From positions 4,496,662 to 4,560,661 of the forward strand of contig OZ037770.1 in assembly GCA_964035545.1 (NCBI GenBank): a stretch of DNA of 64,000 bases. Reading direction: 5' to 3'. Below, piece by piece: positions 27,355 to 37,692 of the stretch; position 1 is the stretch's first letter; every line of letters begins with the position of its first letter. The position numbers and the translations under genes were made by a program. The notes beneath the pieces are model-generated. The model was given only the letters and a program-made list of their open reading frames with translations. It had not been told where the DNA came from and did not search any database. Source of the stretch: Bugula neritina. Its lineage: Eukaryota; Animalia; Bryozoa.

Positions 27355-29403
27355 GTGAAAATCGGACAACTCCGAGATATCACCACATACTTTAATAAGG
27401 TTCACCCTAGCTCATGCCCATGCAATCTTAGCGTGGATAAATTCATGAGTAACTACCACTATGAGTCTAAGAAATATGACTCAATGCACACCAAGGAAAT
27501 TTTACTTGTCACTAATATTCCAGACGACCACGAAGACTACCTTATGCTCACCAAGAGACATTTCCTCATACTATCCCAGCGGTATCACCCAGATAAAAAT
27601 ACCCCTGATCATGTTATAACCTGTCAAATCACTATGACGACACTGAATCAAGCACTCTGTGCTATTGAGGAAGATCATCACAAGAAAGGAGATGACAAGT
27701 CAGTTGTAGTCCAAGATGGTAAGATCTACACATATAGATCCAAAGAGATAATCACCTGCCAACACTATCGATGTGTTGCTGCATACTGCCATCCTGCATA
27801 TGAGGAGGATTGGATCCACCTTTTGCAACATGAATGGAGTACAGAACCAACTGCCATACAACAAGGTGTACAATTCGGTAACAACCAACAATCACTGTAT
27901 ATTACGGTGTTCAACACAGGTACAGTTTTTGTACAGGGAAACCTAGCTATATCTTATTCTCTCGAGAACATGGCTAGGCTTATTTCACTCTTGCCCAAAG
28001 ACAAGAAACTGGACTCAAGAAAAAGACTCTCTGCACTAAAGAATGCAATGAAGCTCTTCCCCAAACCAGTATACCACAGAACAGAGCCTGTAATACCAGC
28101 ACTCACATTTGAAACGTACCAACCTTCAAATAACAGCATGTTACGCAGTGAGTCTGAACATGATAACGACATGACCTCCACAATCCTAGGCGAGGATAAT
28201 ACCATCAACTCAATCCAACTCAACCACCAGTTCCAAAGCATGGGAGACACTCAGCACGAACCCTCACTAAGCACAGCATTGCTCATGATGCGTAAGTTAG
28301 AACAAAAACTTCTCTCCATGGAATCTGATCACCAAAAATGCCGAAGGGAAATGGAAAGGCGCATCGAAAAGTTGGAAAAAGAAAACAGAGAGCTGCGGCA
28401 TACAGTCGGGCCAAAGGTCAGCTACCTCTTACAGCAACCCCACCTTCAGAGACAACAGATAACTGAAGACAACAAAACACACAGTCCTACTACTTCAACA
28501 CAATCCATCACTGTCAACAACACCAATGAAAACCAGGACAAGCATAATGATGAGGGCAAGTGGACAACTGTGACACATGGGAAACCCACAAAAAGAAAAA
28601 CACAGTCACCTACCAAAGCTTCCACAAATACAGAAAAAACAGGAAGCATCCAATTCCGGATAGAGAAAGTTGTAATAATAGAAAACATCACCAACACCGA
28701 AAAAGCCAACTCAGATGATAAAGTTAGGAGAGAGATTGGTAAGCACATAGACAAAGTAATAATAGACAGGATAACACACTACCCCCACAAGAAAAGCAAA
28801 CTGATGATCCAAGTAGCCACGGAAGAGATGAAAGAATTGGTCGTAAGAAAATGGAAACCCGAGAAAATATTTGGTTCTTCTAGCATCAGACTCCCCACTA
28901 AGCAAGTTGAGAATACTGTAGGTGTAGCAAAAGGAGTTCCCCTGGATATGGACGACGATGATCTCAAGAATGATCTTGACCAGTTGTTTTCAGACACAAC
29001 ATTTGTCCGGATGACCAAAGGCCCCACTAAACAAAAGCTCAGAGCAGTGAAGATCTTCTTCAAATCTCCAGAAGACCTAGCAAAAGCAATCGAGGGAGGT
29101 ATGAAATTAGCCAGTCAAAGTCAATATGTTAGAGTAGAGGCCCTGAAATGGAGGCCTCATGTAAGGCACTGTACAAATTGCTGGCGTTTTGGACACTCAT
29201 CATCACAATGTGAAAGTGAAAAAGCCTGCCCACACTGTGGGGAAGGCATCGATGTCAGCTCTCATTTAATATGCGCTGAACAACCTACTTGTAGAAACTG
29301 CAAAGGCAACCACAGCTCTGATCAAAGAAACGAATGCAGCGAGTTTAGGAGAAGACTAGCCAAAATCACCCAACGACACCAAGAGCTTCAAAATGGCGAT
29401 TAA
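27355..29403 (+). CDS. LINE ORF1: N-terminal J-domain-like region, coiled coil, three CCHC-type zinc knuckles
   Basis: YHPDKN (HPD at 27586-27594); heptads LEQKL..IEKLEKENREL; knuckles CTNCWRFGHSSSQC, CPHCG..H..C, CRNCKGNH...C. True start is uncertain: an in-frame ATG at 27340 is followed by TAA at 27352-27354. Confidence 0.85.
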   Translation: MKIGQLRDITTYFNKVHPSSCPCNLSVDKFMSNYHYESKKYDSMHTKEILLVTNIPDDHEDYLMLTKRHFLILSQRYHPDKNTPDHVITCQITMTTLNQALCAIEEDHHKKGDDKSVVVQDGKIYTYRSKEIITCQHYRCVAAYCHPAYEEDWIHLLQHEWSTEPTAIQQGVQFGNNQQSLYITVFNTGTVFVQGNLAISYSLENMARLISLLPKDKKLDSRKRLSALKNAMKLFPKPVYHRTEPVIPALTFETYQPSNNSMLRSESEHDNDMTSTILGEDNTINSIQLNHQFQSMGDTQHEPSLSTALLMMRKLEQKLLSMESDHQKCRREMERRIEKLEKENRELRHTVGPKVSYLLQQPHLQRQQITEDNKTHSPTTSTQSITVNNTNENQDKHNDEGKWTTVTHGKPTKRKTQSPTKASTNTEKTGSIQFRIEKVVIIENITNTEKANSDDKVRREIGKHIDKVIIDRITHYPHKKSKLMIQVATEEMKELVVRKWKPEKIFGSSSIRLPTKQVENTVGVAKGVPLDMDDDDLKNDLDQLFSDTTFVRMTKGPTKQKLRAVKIFFKSPEDLAKAIEGGMKLASQSQYVRVEALKWRPHVRHCTNCWRFGHSSSQCESEKACPHCGEGIDVSSHLICAEQPTCRNCKGNHSSDQRNECSEFRRRLAKITQRHQELQNGD

Positions 29404-32167
29404 TGTGTGTCAAATAAACATTAATGGCATGTCAAACAACACTATAATGGCCCTGGAAAGATATGTCTGGAGTAGAGATTTAGACATAATTTGCCTTTCA
29501 GAAACTAAAATAGCTGAACTCCCACTTGGTAGTCTACCAAATATGAAATGCATTCTTAGACCCAATCCAGTTAGCGCTAAACAGCGTGGAGTGGCATTAC
29601 TTGTGAAGAATGACATTCATATCACCAGATACTCAGAACTGGAGCCATTAAATGCAGACATGATAGTCACTGTCTGCCGAGTCGCAGGCCTTCGCTACTT
29701 CGTTTGTTCTGTGTATGAGAGTGATAGACTGCAGGACATTCTAACAGCCACACAAAACATCATAAACCACATGCCATCCATGAAAATAGATGGTCTCATG
29801 TTACTTGGTGACCTCAATGCTCGTCATGAATCATGGGGAGACCATCAACAAAACCGTGCTGGTATTACCTTGCTGGACTTCATACAAAGATTGAACATGG
29901 AGGTTGTCTACAAACACGACAAACCCACATTCCTGTGCGACAATGGCTCAAGCTACATCGACTTATTTATTGCTACCGAAAATATAGCCAGGCATTGCAA
30001 GAATCAATTTACTGACGACACAGTTGAACTTTTCACCGGCGCTCCTCATAGAGGACATGTGCCAATAATCACGATGCTTGACAAACAAAAATCCACAGTC
30101 ATGCCCACGAAGTACTTTAGATGGAACGAAGCTGACTGGTACTCGTTCAGTTACACAGTGGAAACTATGTGTGAACAGCACATGGCAGATTTCTGTACAT
30201 CATCAGATCCTGACAACATCTGGAAGACTCTCAAAAGGATATTACTCAAGTGTAAAGAGCTCTTTGTTCCAATGGCAGTCTCTAACGCCCATAATAAACC
30301 TTACTGGAACAAGGAACTTTCTGAGATGTCAACACGGCTCAGAGAGGCAAGGAGACAATTCAAATATCGATCCTCTTACAAAAATGGAGATAAATTAGAC
30401 CAAATCAAAGCACAATTCAAAGCGATGCTAGCTGCAGCTCAGCAAAGATACCTTGAGTCAAAATCAAAGAAACTCAATGACCACAACGGAGAAACCTTCT
30501 GGAAGGACTTCAAATCTCTATTCTATAAAAAGGGAGAGAACCTAGTAGGAGATCTTGTCGGCGCAAACGGGGAGATCATTGAAGATGACGTAAGCAAAGC
30601 AGAACACATGTTCAACAAAATATTTGGGGGGTTAAGTAACTATTGTCCTCCAGCATCACCAACAATGACCCAAAAGCCTACCATACCCTTATATAACAGT
30701 CAGCTTCAACAGCTGAGTCAACCCATCACAATTCAAGAGATAACGCAAGCACTCGCCAAACTAAAAACCTCAGGAAAAAGCAGTGACTTCGATGGTATCC
30801 ATCCAAAAATGCTGAAACAGGGAAAGAACTTTTTTTTTGATTGCCCTGCATTGCTTATTTAACAAGATTCTCTCCACCCATCAATGGCCATGGAATTCAT
30901 CTAACCTGGTCATTTTCCTAAGGAAACCTGGGAAGAAAGACTACAAAGATGTCAGCTCATACAGACCCATCACAATAAGCTCTGACGTTGGAAAAACACT
31001 AGAGAGAATAATGGAACAACGTCTCAGATCACTGGTTGAAACTTGGTCACTAATACCAAATTCACAATTTGGATTCAGACAGGGAAGAAGCACATTGATG
31101 TATTTACTCAACCTTTTGACTGAAACCACACACTACACTAAAAGCAGATTATGTACTGCTGCACTGTTCTTAGACCTGCAAAAAGCCTTTGACACAGTCA
31201 ATCACCAACACATGATTTACCGCCTGCAAGAATTAGGACTGGAAGGTAACTACCTCCATGTTATTGACTCCTTTCTCACCAAGAGAGAAATCAGCCTCAA
31301 AATCAACAACTACATTCACCCAGCAACAAAATGTCAAATAGGCCTCCCACAGGGGAGTGTGCTATCTCCACTTCTCTTTATCATATACATCAGAGACATG
31401 CTGTCAAGCATAGACGGTACAGGATTACAATATGCCGATGACTGCACTATTTTGATGACTGGAAAAGACTCTTCAGAACTACAGATAAAAATTGAGAACA
31501 ACTGCCAACGGATACAAACCTGGATGGATCGATGGAACCTACTCATCAACTACCAGAAAACAGAAATTGTGGTATTTAATGGAGATATCACACCCCCAAT
31601 TATAAATGCTAACACCATACAAATTTCCACCTCCTCCAAGGTTCTTGGTATAACTGTTGATGACCATCTAACCTTCGAAAAACAGTACAGCACAAGTACT
31701 AAATGTCTCACTCAACGTATGAATATGCTGAAACCATTTATCTACGCTGGGCTTAGCCCAGACACCTCAAAGAAAATTCTCACACAAGTGATCATGCCAA
31801 AAGCTCTCTACGGCGCCTCTCTATGGGACTACAAAACCAAGATCTCCCTGCACACTTATATTGTGGTGGTTCGTGGAACTACCAGCAGCACAACATGTAG
31901 GGTCGCGTAATTGACCCGGAACAATGGATAGCCAATTAGCGTAGTTGATAGTTAGCAGCAATTGTAGTTTCCCGCTGCTAAGTCAGTCGAAGCTAGAGTG
32001 TGAAATAGATTAGATGTGTAACTTGTTGGAAATAATGTATCGTGTTTTTATAATGTATAATTGTGTATAAAATATACTCGTTCACTCGACTTAGCCTGGT
32101 GCAGTTCTATACTAGATAAATAGACTCTCTGGATAGCATATCAACCCTAATCTGAAAATTATAACAG

Positions 32168-32185
32168 TGGTGGCAGCGGTGGGAT
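32168..32185 (+). promoter_or_regulatory. Primer binding site complementary to a tRNA-Leu 3' end
   Basis: TGGTGGCAGCGGTGGGAT is the reverse complement of ATCCCACCGCTGCCA-CCA, the metazoan tRNA-Leu(AAG/UAG) 3' end. Confidence 0.85.
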
Positions 32186-32197
32186 AGTGCATCCAAG

Positions 32198-33157
32198 ATG
32201 GAGACTGAAAATGCTGAAACTCAACCACCGGCAATCGAAGGTGAGCGTAGAGACAATGCTGTAGAGACAATGCCTGTTAACCATGTAGTAGAGGAACGAA
32301 GGGTTCCGCGAGAACTAGTTGAATACCGCTACAGGTTAAAGGCGCCCACCTTCACGGGTGAAGAGGAGGTGGAACAATTTATCCAAGAGTTTAGCGACGT
32401 AATGGACGTCGCTCAGTGGCCCCCTAGGGTGGCCCTGCTGAAGCTTAGAATGGCATTGATGGACAAAGCCAAGCCCTATGGGCTGGGCGTAGACATTGAT
32501 AATATCTTTGCTTCTCTGCGGGCCCGTTTTGGCCTCTCGACTACAGATGCCAGGGCCCGATTACAGAGGTTGCGGCGTGATCCCCGCACCCCGCTGCGGG
32601 AGCATGCCACCGCGGTCATGAAGCTGGCACAGATCGCGTACAGCGACTTGCCCCCAGTCAACCGCGAGAGGTACACCCTCGACGCTTTCATAGCATCTGT
32701 CGACGATCTGGGTCTCCACCACCAGTTTCTAGCTAGGGGAGTCACCACCGTTGAAGATGCTCTGACTGAGGGGGAAGCTTACCTCCTAGCTAACCAAATG
32801 CATAAAAGTCGCGGAAGCTCCCGCCAAGTGGAGATAGACCGCGCAGACACGGCCGCGGGACAAGGGGAGGAAACCCCCGCCGCGGCTGCCGTGTCCCAGT
32901 TGGCGACGGCATCAAAAGTCACTCAACTGACAGACATGCTAGCCAAGCTGATAGCAACACTGACCCCACAAAACCCAGTGAGTACCGCCCCTGAGCCCAT
33001 GCGGCCATTGGCGCCGCCACAGGGAGAAACAGTCAGTTTTTGCTGGGAGTGCGGAAATCAAGGACATTTCCGCCGATATTGTCCCTTCCTAAATCAGGGG
33101 TTAAACTACCGCGGCCCGCAGATGTTCCCACCTTCCGCGGGCCGACGAAACCTCTAG
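32198..33157 (+). CDS. gag: Gypsy Gag with CCHC knuckle
   Basis: 319-aa ORF right after the PBS; KAPTFTG capsid start; CWECGNQGHFRRYC. Confidence 0.92.
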   Translation: METENAETQPPAIEGERRDNAVETMPVNHVVEERRVPRELVEYRYRLKAPTFTGEEEVEQFIQEFSDVMDVAQWPPRVALLKLRMALMDKAKPYGLGVDIDNIFASLRARFGLSTTDARARLQRLRRDPRTPLREHATAVMKLAQIAYSDLPPVNRERYTLDAFIASVDDLGLHHQFLARGVTTVEDALTEGEAYLLANQMHKSRGSSRQVEIDRADTAAGQGEETPAAAAVSQLATASKVTQLTDMLAKLIATLTPQNPVSTAPEPMRPLAPPQGETVSFCWECGNQGHFRRYCPFLNQGLNYRGPQMFPPSAGRRNL

Positions 33158-36100
33158 GGAAGAAGAAACGCAGGTCACCCAGACGGGCACCGCGTACTGG
33201 CAACCAACAGTGGCAACAGCCGCGACGGACCAGCAAGGGGCTTCGCCCCGCGGCTGCCTTTTCTATGCCCCTTCACAACAGATTCACAGGGCTACAAGTC
33301 CAAGAATCTGGATGGGAGCACACAAAGGTAGCTGAGAAACCAGCCTCGGCACCCCCGAGGCCTACCTATCACCGCCCCAAGAGACCCCCTTCGCGACCCA
33401 AAGCGAGGGAGGTACTCCCTGCGAGAGTCAGGCCTGAAGGGAGAGTTCAGGTGCAGCCCCATGGGAACAGCTATTTCTTGCCCGGTAAACTGGAAGGCAA
33501 AGCTGTTACTTTTCTCATTGATTCGGGCTGTACCACGAACCTCTTAAGCCGCCAACTCTTCGACACCCTCAGTGCTAGGGTCAGGGGCGAGATGGAAGCA
33601 TACGAAGGGGAATACGGCACCCTAGCTGACGGGTCGTGCCTTCCCTTCTATGGTATAATTGAGCTGACGGGACGAGTCCGCGATCAAACGATCCAAGAGA
33701 CGTTCATCGTCAGTCAGCTCAAGGAGGATGCTATCCTCGGGATGCCGTTCCTTAAACGGCACGGATGTCACATAGATTTTAGCAGATCTGCAATGATGAT
33801 GTCCGGGCGGGAACTCGCCTGCGTCGACAAGTTCGGCTGCCCTTTAGTGGGAGGTGTGCAAGTGGTACGCAACCGTACCATACCAGGCCGCTCCCGGGCT
33901 ACCATTCACTGCAGGGTGAATAGTAGCCGGATCTCTGGACTCGGGGTGGTTGAAGGCGCGCACGAAAAGATCCAACTTGCCAGCAGTCTGAATCAGCTGA
34001 CTGAGCAAGGGGAGATCTTAGTGCAGTGCGTCAACCCCTTTACCGAGCCTATCAAGCTCCCGGCTGGGTCGATGCTGGGCCGTTTTCACTCTGTTCAAGA
34101 GGGAGACGTAGGCCCGTCGCTGGGTGATGCGACAGAGGCACCCCCTCGACACCCTATTCAAGGACGAGGGGCAGTCCCAACACATCTCCGGGAGTTATAT
34201 GAAACAGCCAGTGGCGGCTGCGCGAGTAACAGGGAACGCCAAGCTATGGCTAAGTTACTACGCGACTACGGTGATGTGTTCAGCAGCGGAGAGCATGACG
34301 TGGGACTGACTGGAATTGTCAGACACGAAATACCGCTGACTGCAGGGACAGTCCCTGTCCGGCAGCCCACACGCAGGCTGGGGCCGGAGAAAGAGAAGGA
34401 GGTTAGCCGACAAGTACGGGATCTTCTGGACCGGGGACTGATAGAGCCCGCCCATAGTGCGTGGAGCTCGCCAGTTGTACTGGTCCGGAAGAAAGACGGC
34501 AGTTGGCGGTTCTGTGTGGACTACCGCAAACTCAATAGCGTAACCATACAGGACGCCTACCCTCTACCTCGTATTGACGAGTCATTGGACGCCCTAGCCG
34601 GCAGCAAGTACTTCAGTACGTTAGACTTGCTAAGCGGCTATTGGCAGGTTCCTCTGAGTCCCGACGCCCAAGAGAAAGCGGCGTTTATCACACGGGACGG
34701 TTTGTGGAAGTGGAAGGTGCTGCCCTTCGGGTTAACCTCCGCCCCAGCCACCTTCCAGAGGCTGATGGAACAAGTCCTTAGCGGACTCCATTGGAAGACA
34801 CTGCTGGTCTACCTCGATGATGTCATCGTAATCTCTCCAGACTTCGAGACACATGTCAGTCGTCTGCAGGAGGTTTTCGAGAGACTCCGAGGTGCCGGTC
34901 TTAAGCTCAAACCTTCCAAGTGCGCTCTGTTGCAGCCGGAGGTCAAGTACCTGGGGCACGTTGTCGGTCGAAACGGCGTGGCAACGGATCCCGAAAAGGT
35001 ACGGGCAGTAGAAGACTGGGTCACCCCTCAAGACTTGACCGGACTCCGGGCTTTCTTGGGGCTGGTAGGGTATTACAGGCAATACATACCAGACTTTGCG
35101 GGCATAGCCCAGCCGTTAAACCGGCTTACCGCAAAGGGAGTGACGTGGCAGTGGACTCCAGTCGAACAAGAAGCGTTCGACCGCCTCAAGGGCTGCCTCC
35201 TAACGGCGCCCATCTTGGCCTACCCAGACCCCACTCTGGAGTACATCCTAGACACGGACGCCAGTGACCAGAATGTTGGCGCTGTGCTGTCACAAGTGCA
35301 GGAAGGCCGAGAAGTAGTAGTAGCCTACTACAGCAAGTCTCTCTCTCCCGCTGAACGAAATTACTGCACTACCCGCAAGGAGCTGCTGGCAGTAATCAAG
35401 TCAGTGAAGCACTTCAGACCATACCTATATGGCAGGAAGTTCCGGCTGCGTACGGATCATGCCTCGCTGATCTGGTTGTGCAGGAGAGCAGAGCCCTCTA
35501 GTCAGGTCGCCCGGTGGCTCGAAATCCTAGCTGAATTCTCGTACCGGATCGAACACCGACCGGGCAAGAGACACAGCAATGCGGATGGGTTGAGCCGCCG
35601 ACCTGACGGAGGTTGCAAACAGTGTCTCAACATCGAGAGGAGGGATGGAGGTCCCCCTCGATGCGAGTTGGAGACGCTGGCTCATCACGGAGTACCGTTT
35701 GACTGGGATCAAGGTCAACTCAGGCAAAGAGTTGATGAGTCCCCGGAGGATATACAAAACCTCCGCGCCAACCCTGTACTGGCCGGTAATGTTCGAGAGC
35801 TGAGGAAGCTCCAAGAAGAGCTGCCTGGAGTCGTGGCAGACATCTACCGGGCCAAAAGGGAAGGGCGACGACCCAGCGAGGAACGCATAAGACAGGGATG
35901 CGCCGAATTCCGGCTATACTGTCAGCGTTGGGACTCGCTGCGGATCGGGCAGGATGGGTTGCTAACCATCTCTCTAGCTGCCAGCGGCAGACACCCGGAA
36001 AGGAAGAGGGTAGTCTGCCCCACAGCCATCCGCCGTGAGTTGATTTGGGATACTCACAAGCAGGCCCACGCAGGGGTCAAGCGAGTGATGTCCAAATTAC

Positions 36101-37668
36101 GACTCCGGTGGTATTGGCCGCAGATGGAGCGTGACGTCCGGCTCAGAGTCAAACAGTGTGAGATCTGCCAGGCCAGTAAGCATAGCCGCCCCCCTGGTGA
36201 AGCAGGACGGCGGAGGCTATATGCTGGTAGGCCCTGGCAAGTAGTCGCTGTAGACCTGGTCGGACCCATGCCCCTGACCCCCAGAGGCAATAATTGGATC
36301 CTAGTACTAACCGACCACTTTACTAGGTGGGCGGATGCTCTGGCTATCCCAGATGCATCAGCCCCAACAGTGGCCAGGGCACTAGACCAACATGTATTCT
36401 GTTATTTTGGGCTTCCCGAACAGATACACTCTGATCAAGGCGCTCAATTCCAGTCTCAACTGATGAGCGACCTTTGCCACCTCTGGGGAGTAAATCAGAG
36501 CAGGACCACCCCCTACCACCCTCAAGGTAACGGGGTGGTGGAGCGCAACAACCGGATGTTAGGTGATGCGCTCCGGAGTCTCCTCCTTGGACGAAGTCAA
36601 GAGGAATGGGATACGGTGTTGCCGCAAGTCATGCGTGCATACCGTAGCACCCCACACACCAGTACTGGTGAGACCCCAAACCTCTTGATGCTCGGGAGAG
36701 AGACTCGTGTCCCTGACCATCTCACCTATCACGTTCCAGAGCAAGATAACTCAGTCCACGAGTATGCCAGTGAACTAGTGGAACGGATGAAGGCCGCACA
36801 CGAGATACTGCGTCAACAGCAGTGGAAGGTGCGGCACGAAGATTCCGATGAACCACCCCTCTATCAAAGAGGAGATAAGGTGTGGATGGTCAATTACCGT
36901 AGGCGCCGCGGACAGGCTGATAAGCTGAAGCCTAAGTTCGTAGGCCCCTACGTGGTCGTCGAGGCTATGCCCAATCATACGTACAAGATTGAGCGCTCAG
37001 GACAGGTGTCTATCCAGAATGAGTCTCGCTTGAAACCGTATTGGGCTAGCCCCGGCGGAGTGGGAGAAGCCCCCCCGTTGTTAGAGCCCAGGAGGCAGAC
37101 AACAACGCGCGGGCGACGGCGGCATGGACCTGAATACGAAGTGGTCATACCGCGGGAAGAAAACTTGGTGAGAGAGGAGCGGCAGCTTCTGGCAACAGAA
37201 GCGTGTCCGCCACCGCCAAGTCTAATTCCATCACTTCCAGAAACCGAGCCGGTTCCGGAAGTGCAAACCCCCACGGAGGGAGGGGCTCCATCCGGAGAAC
37301 AAGAAGAGGTGACTGCTGACGGTGAAGTAGAGACGCCATTAGAGGCCCCTACTAACGAACCGGCAAGCGTGTCACCCCCCCTAGAAAGGGGACAGCGTAC
37401 GAGGCAACCCCCCGCATACTTGAAGGACTTCGTATGTGACTGCGTTAAAAGCGGCACACATGAAAGTCTAGGGGAAAACCGTACGAGAAAAGAATCGAGC
37501 AAATGTGGGAGTTGTCAACACCACGGAAATATCAACTTTTGTATCGGCGGAAGTAGGAACAAAATTCATCCGCCGGGTGCACAAAGTCTTAATCACGCAC
37601 CCCAACCACGTTGCTCGATCTTTTCATACGCTGATGCAGTCAAGAGTAGATGTGTTTCTAAGCAGTAG
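33040..37668 (+). CDS. pol: Gypsy Pol (PR-RT-RNaseH-IN) in the -1 frame relative to gag
   Basis: LIDSG (protease), VYLDD (RT), TDAS (RNase H), H..H..C..C and DLVGP..SDQG..VER (integrase), GPY motif. Uninterrupted ORF. Confidence 0.97.
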   Translation: MLGVRKSRTFPPILSLPKSGVKLPRPADVPTFRGPTKPLGKKKRRSPRRAPRTGNQQWQQPRRTSKGLRPAAAFSMPLHNRFTGLQVQESGWEHTKVAEKPASAPPRPTYHRPKRPPSRPKAREVLPARVRPEGRVQVQPHGNSYFLPGKLEGKAVTFLIDSGCTTNLLSRQLFDTLSARVRGEMEAYEGEYGTLADGSCLPFYGIIELTGRVRDQTIQETFIVSQLKEDAILGMPFLKRHGCHIDFSRSAMMMSGRELACVDKFGCPLVGGVQVVRNRTIPGRSRATIHCRVNSSRISGLGVVEGAHEKIQLASSLNQLTEQGEILVQCVNPFTEPIKLPAGSMLGRFHSVQEGDVGPSLGDATEAPPRHPIQGRGAVPTHLRELYETASGGCASNRERQAMAKLLRDYGDVFSSGEHDVGLTGIVRHEIPLTAGTVPVRQPTRRLGPEKEKEVSRQVRDLLDRGLIEPAHSAWSSPVVLVRKKDGSWRFCVDYRKLNSVTIQDAYPLPRIDESLDALAGSKYFSTLDLLSGYWQVPLSPDAQEKAAFITRDGLWKWKVLPFGLTSAPATFQRLMEQVLSGLHWKTLLVYLDDVIVISPDFETHVSRLQEVFERLRGAGLKLKPSKCALLQPEVKYLGHVVGRNGVATDPEKVRAVEDWVTPQDLTGLRAFLGLVGYYRQYIPDFAGIAQPLNRLTAKGVTWQWTPVEQEAFDRLKGCLLTAPILAYPDPTLEYILDTDASDQNVGAVLSQVQEGREVVVAYYSKSLSPAERNYCTTRKELLAVIKSVKHFRPYLYGRKFRLRTDHASLIWLCRRAEPSSQVARWLEILAEFSYRIEHRPGKRHSNADGLSRRPDGGCKQCLNIERRDGGPPRCELETLAHHGVPFDWDQGQLRQRVDESPEDIQNLRANPVLAGNVRELRKLQEELPGVVADIYRAKREGRRPSEERIRQGCAEFRLYCQRWDSLRIGQDGLLTISLAASGRHPERKRVVCPTAIRRELIWDTHKQAHAGVKRVMSKLRLRWYWPQMERDVRLRVKQCEICQASKHSRPPGEAGRRRLYAGRPWQVVAVDLVGPMPLTPRGNNWILVLTDHFTRWADALAIPDASAPTVARALDQHVFCYFGLPEQIHSDQGAQFQSQLMSDLCHLWGVNQSRTTPYHPQGNGVVERNNRMLGDALRSLLLGRSQEEWDTVLPQVMRAYRSTPHTSTGETPNLLMLGRETRVPDHLTYHVPEQDNSVHEYASELVERMKAAHEILRQQQWKVRHEDSDEPPLYQRGDKVWMVNYRRRRGQADKLKPKFVGPYVVVEAMPNHTYKIERSGQVSIQNESRLKPYWASPGGVGEAPPLLEPRRQTTTRGRRRHGPEYEVVIPREENLVREERQLLATEACPPPPSLIPSLPETEPVPEVQTPTEGGAPSGEQEEVTADGEVETPLEAPTNEPASVSPPLERGQRTRQPPAYLKDFVCDCVKSGTHESLGENRTRKESSKCGSCQHHGNINFCIGGSRNKIHPPGAQSLNHAPQPRCSIFSYADAVKSRCVSKQ

Positions 37669-37692
37669 TTCAAACCATTTCACATATTCAGT

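Noticed and set aside
30830-30838. Programmed frameshift in LINE ORF2
   Set aside because: One extra T in a homopolymer in a copy with other lesions; mutation or sequencing error is more likely.
32476-37502. Antisense and alternate-frame ORFs inside gag/pol
   Set aside because: Expected shadows of GC-rich coding sequence, with no recognisable motifs.
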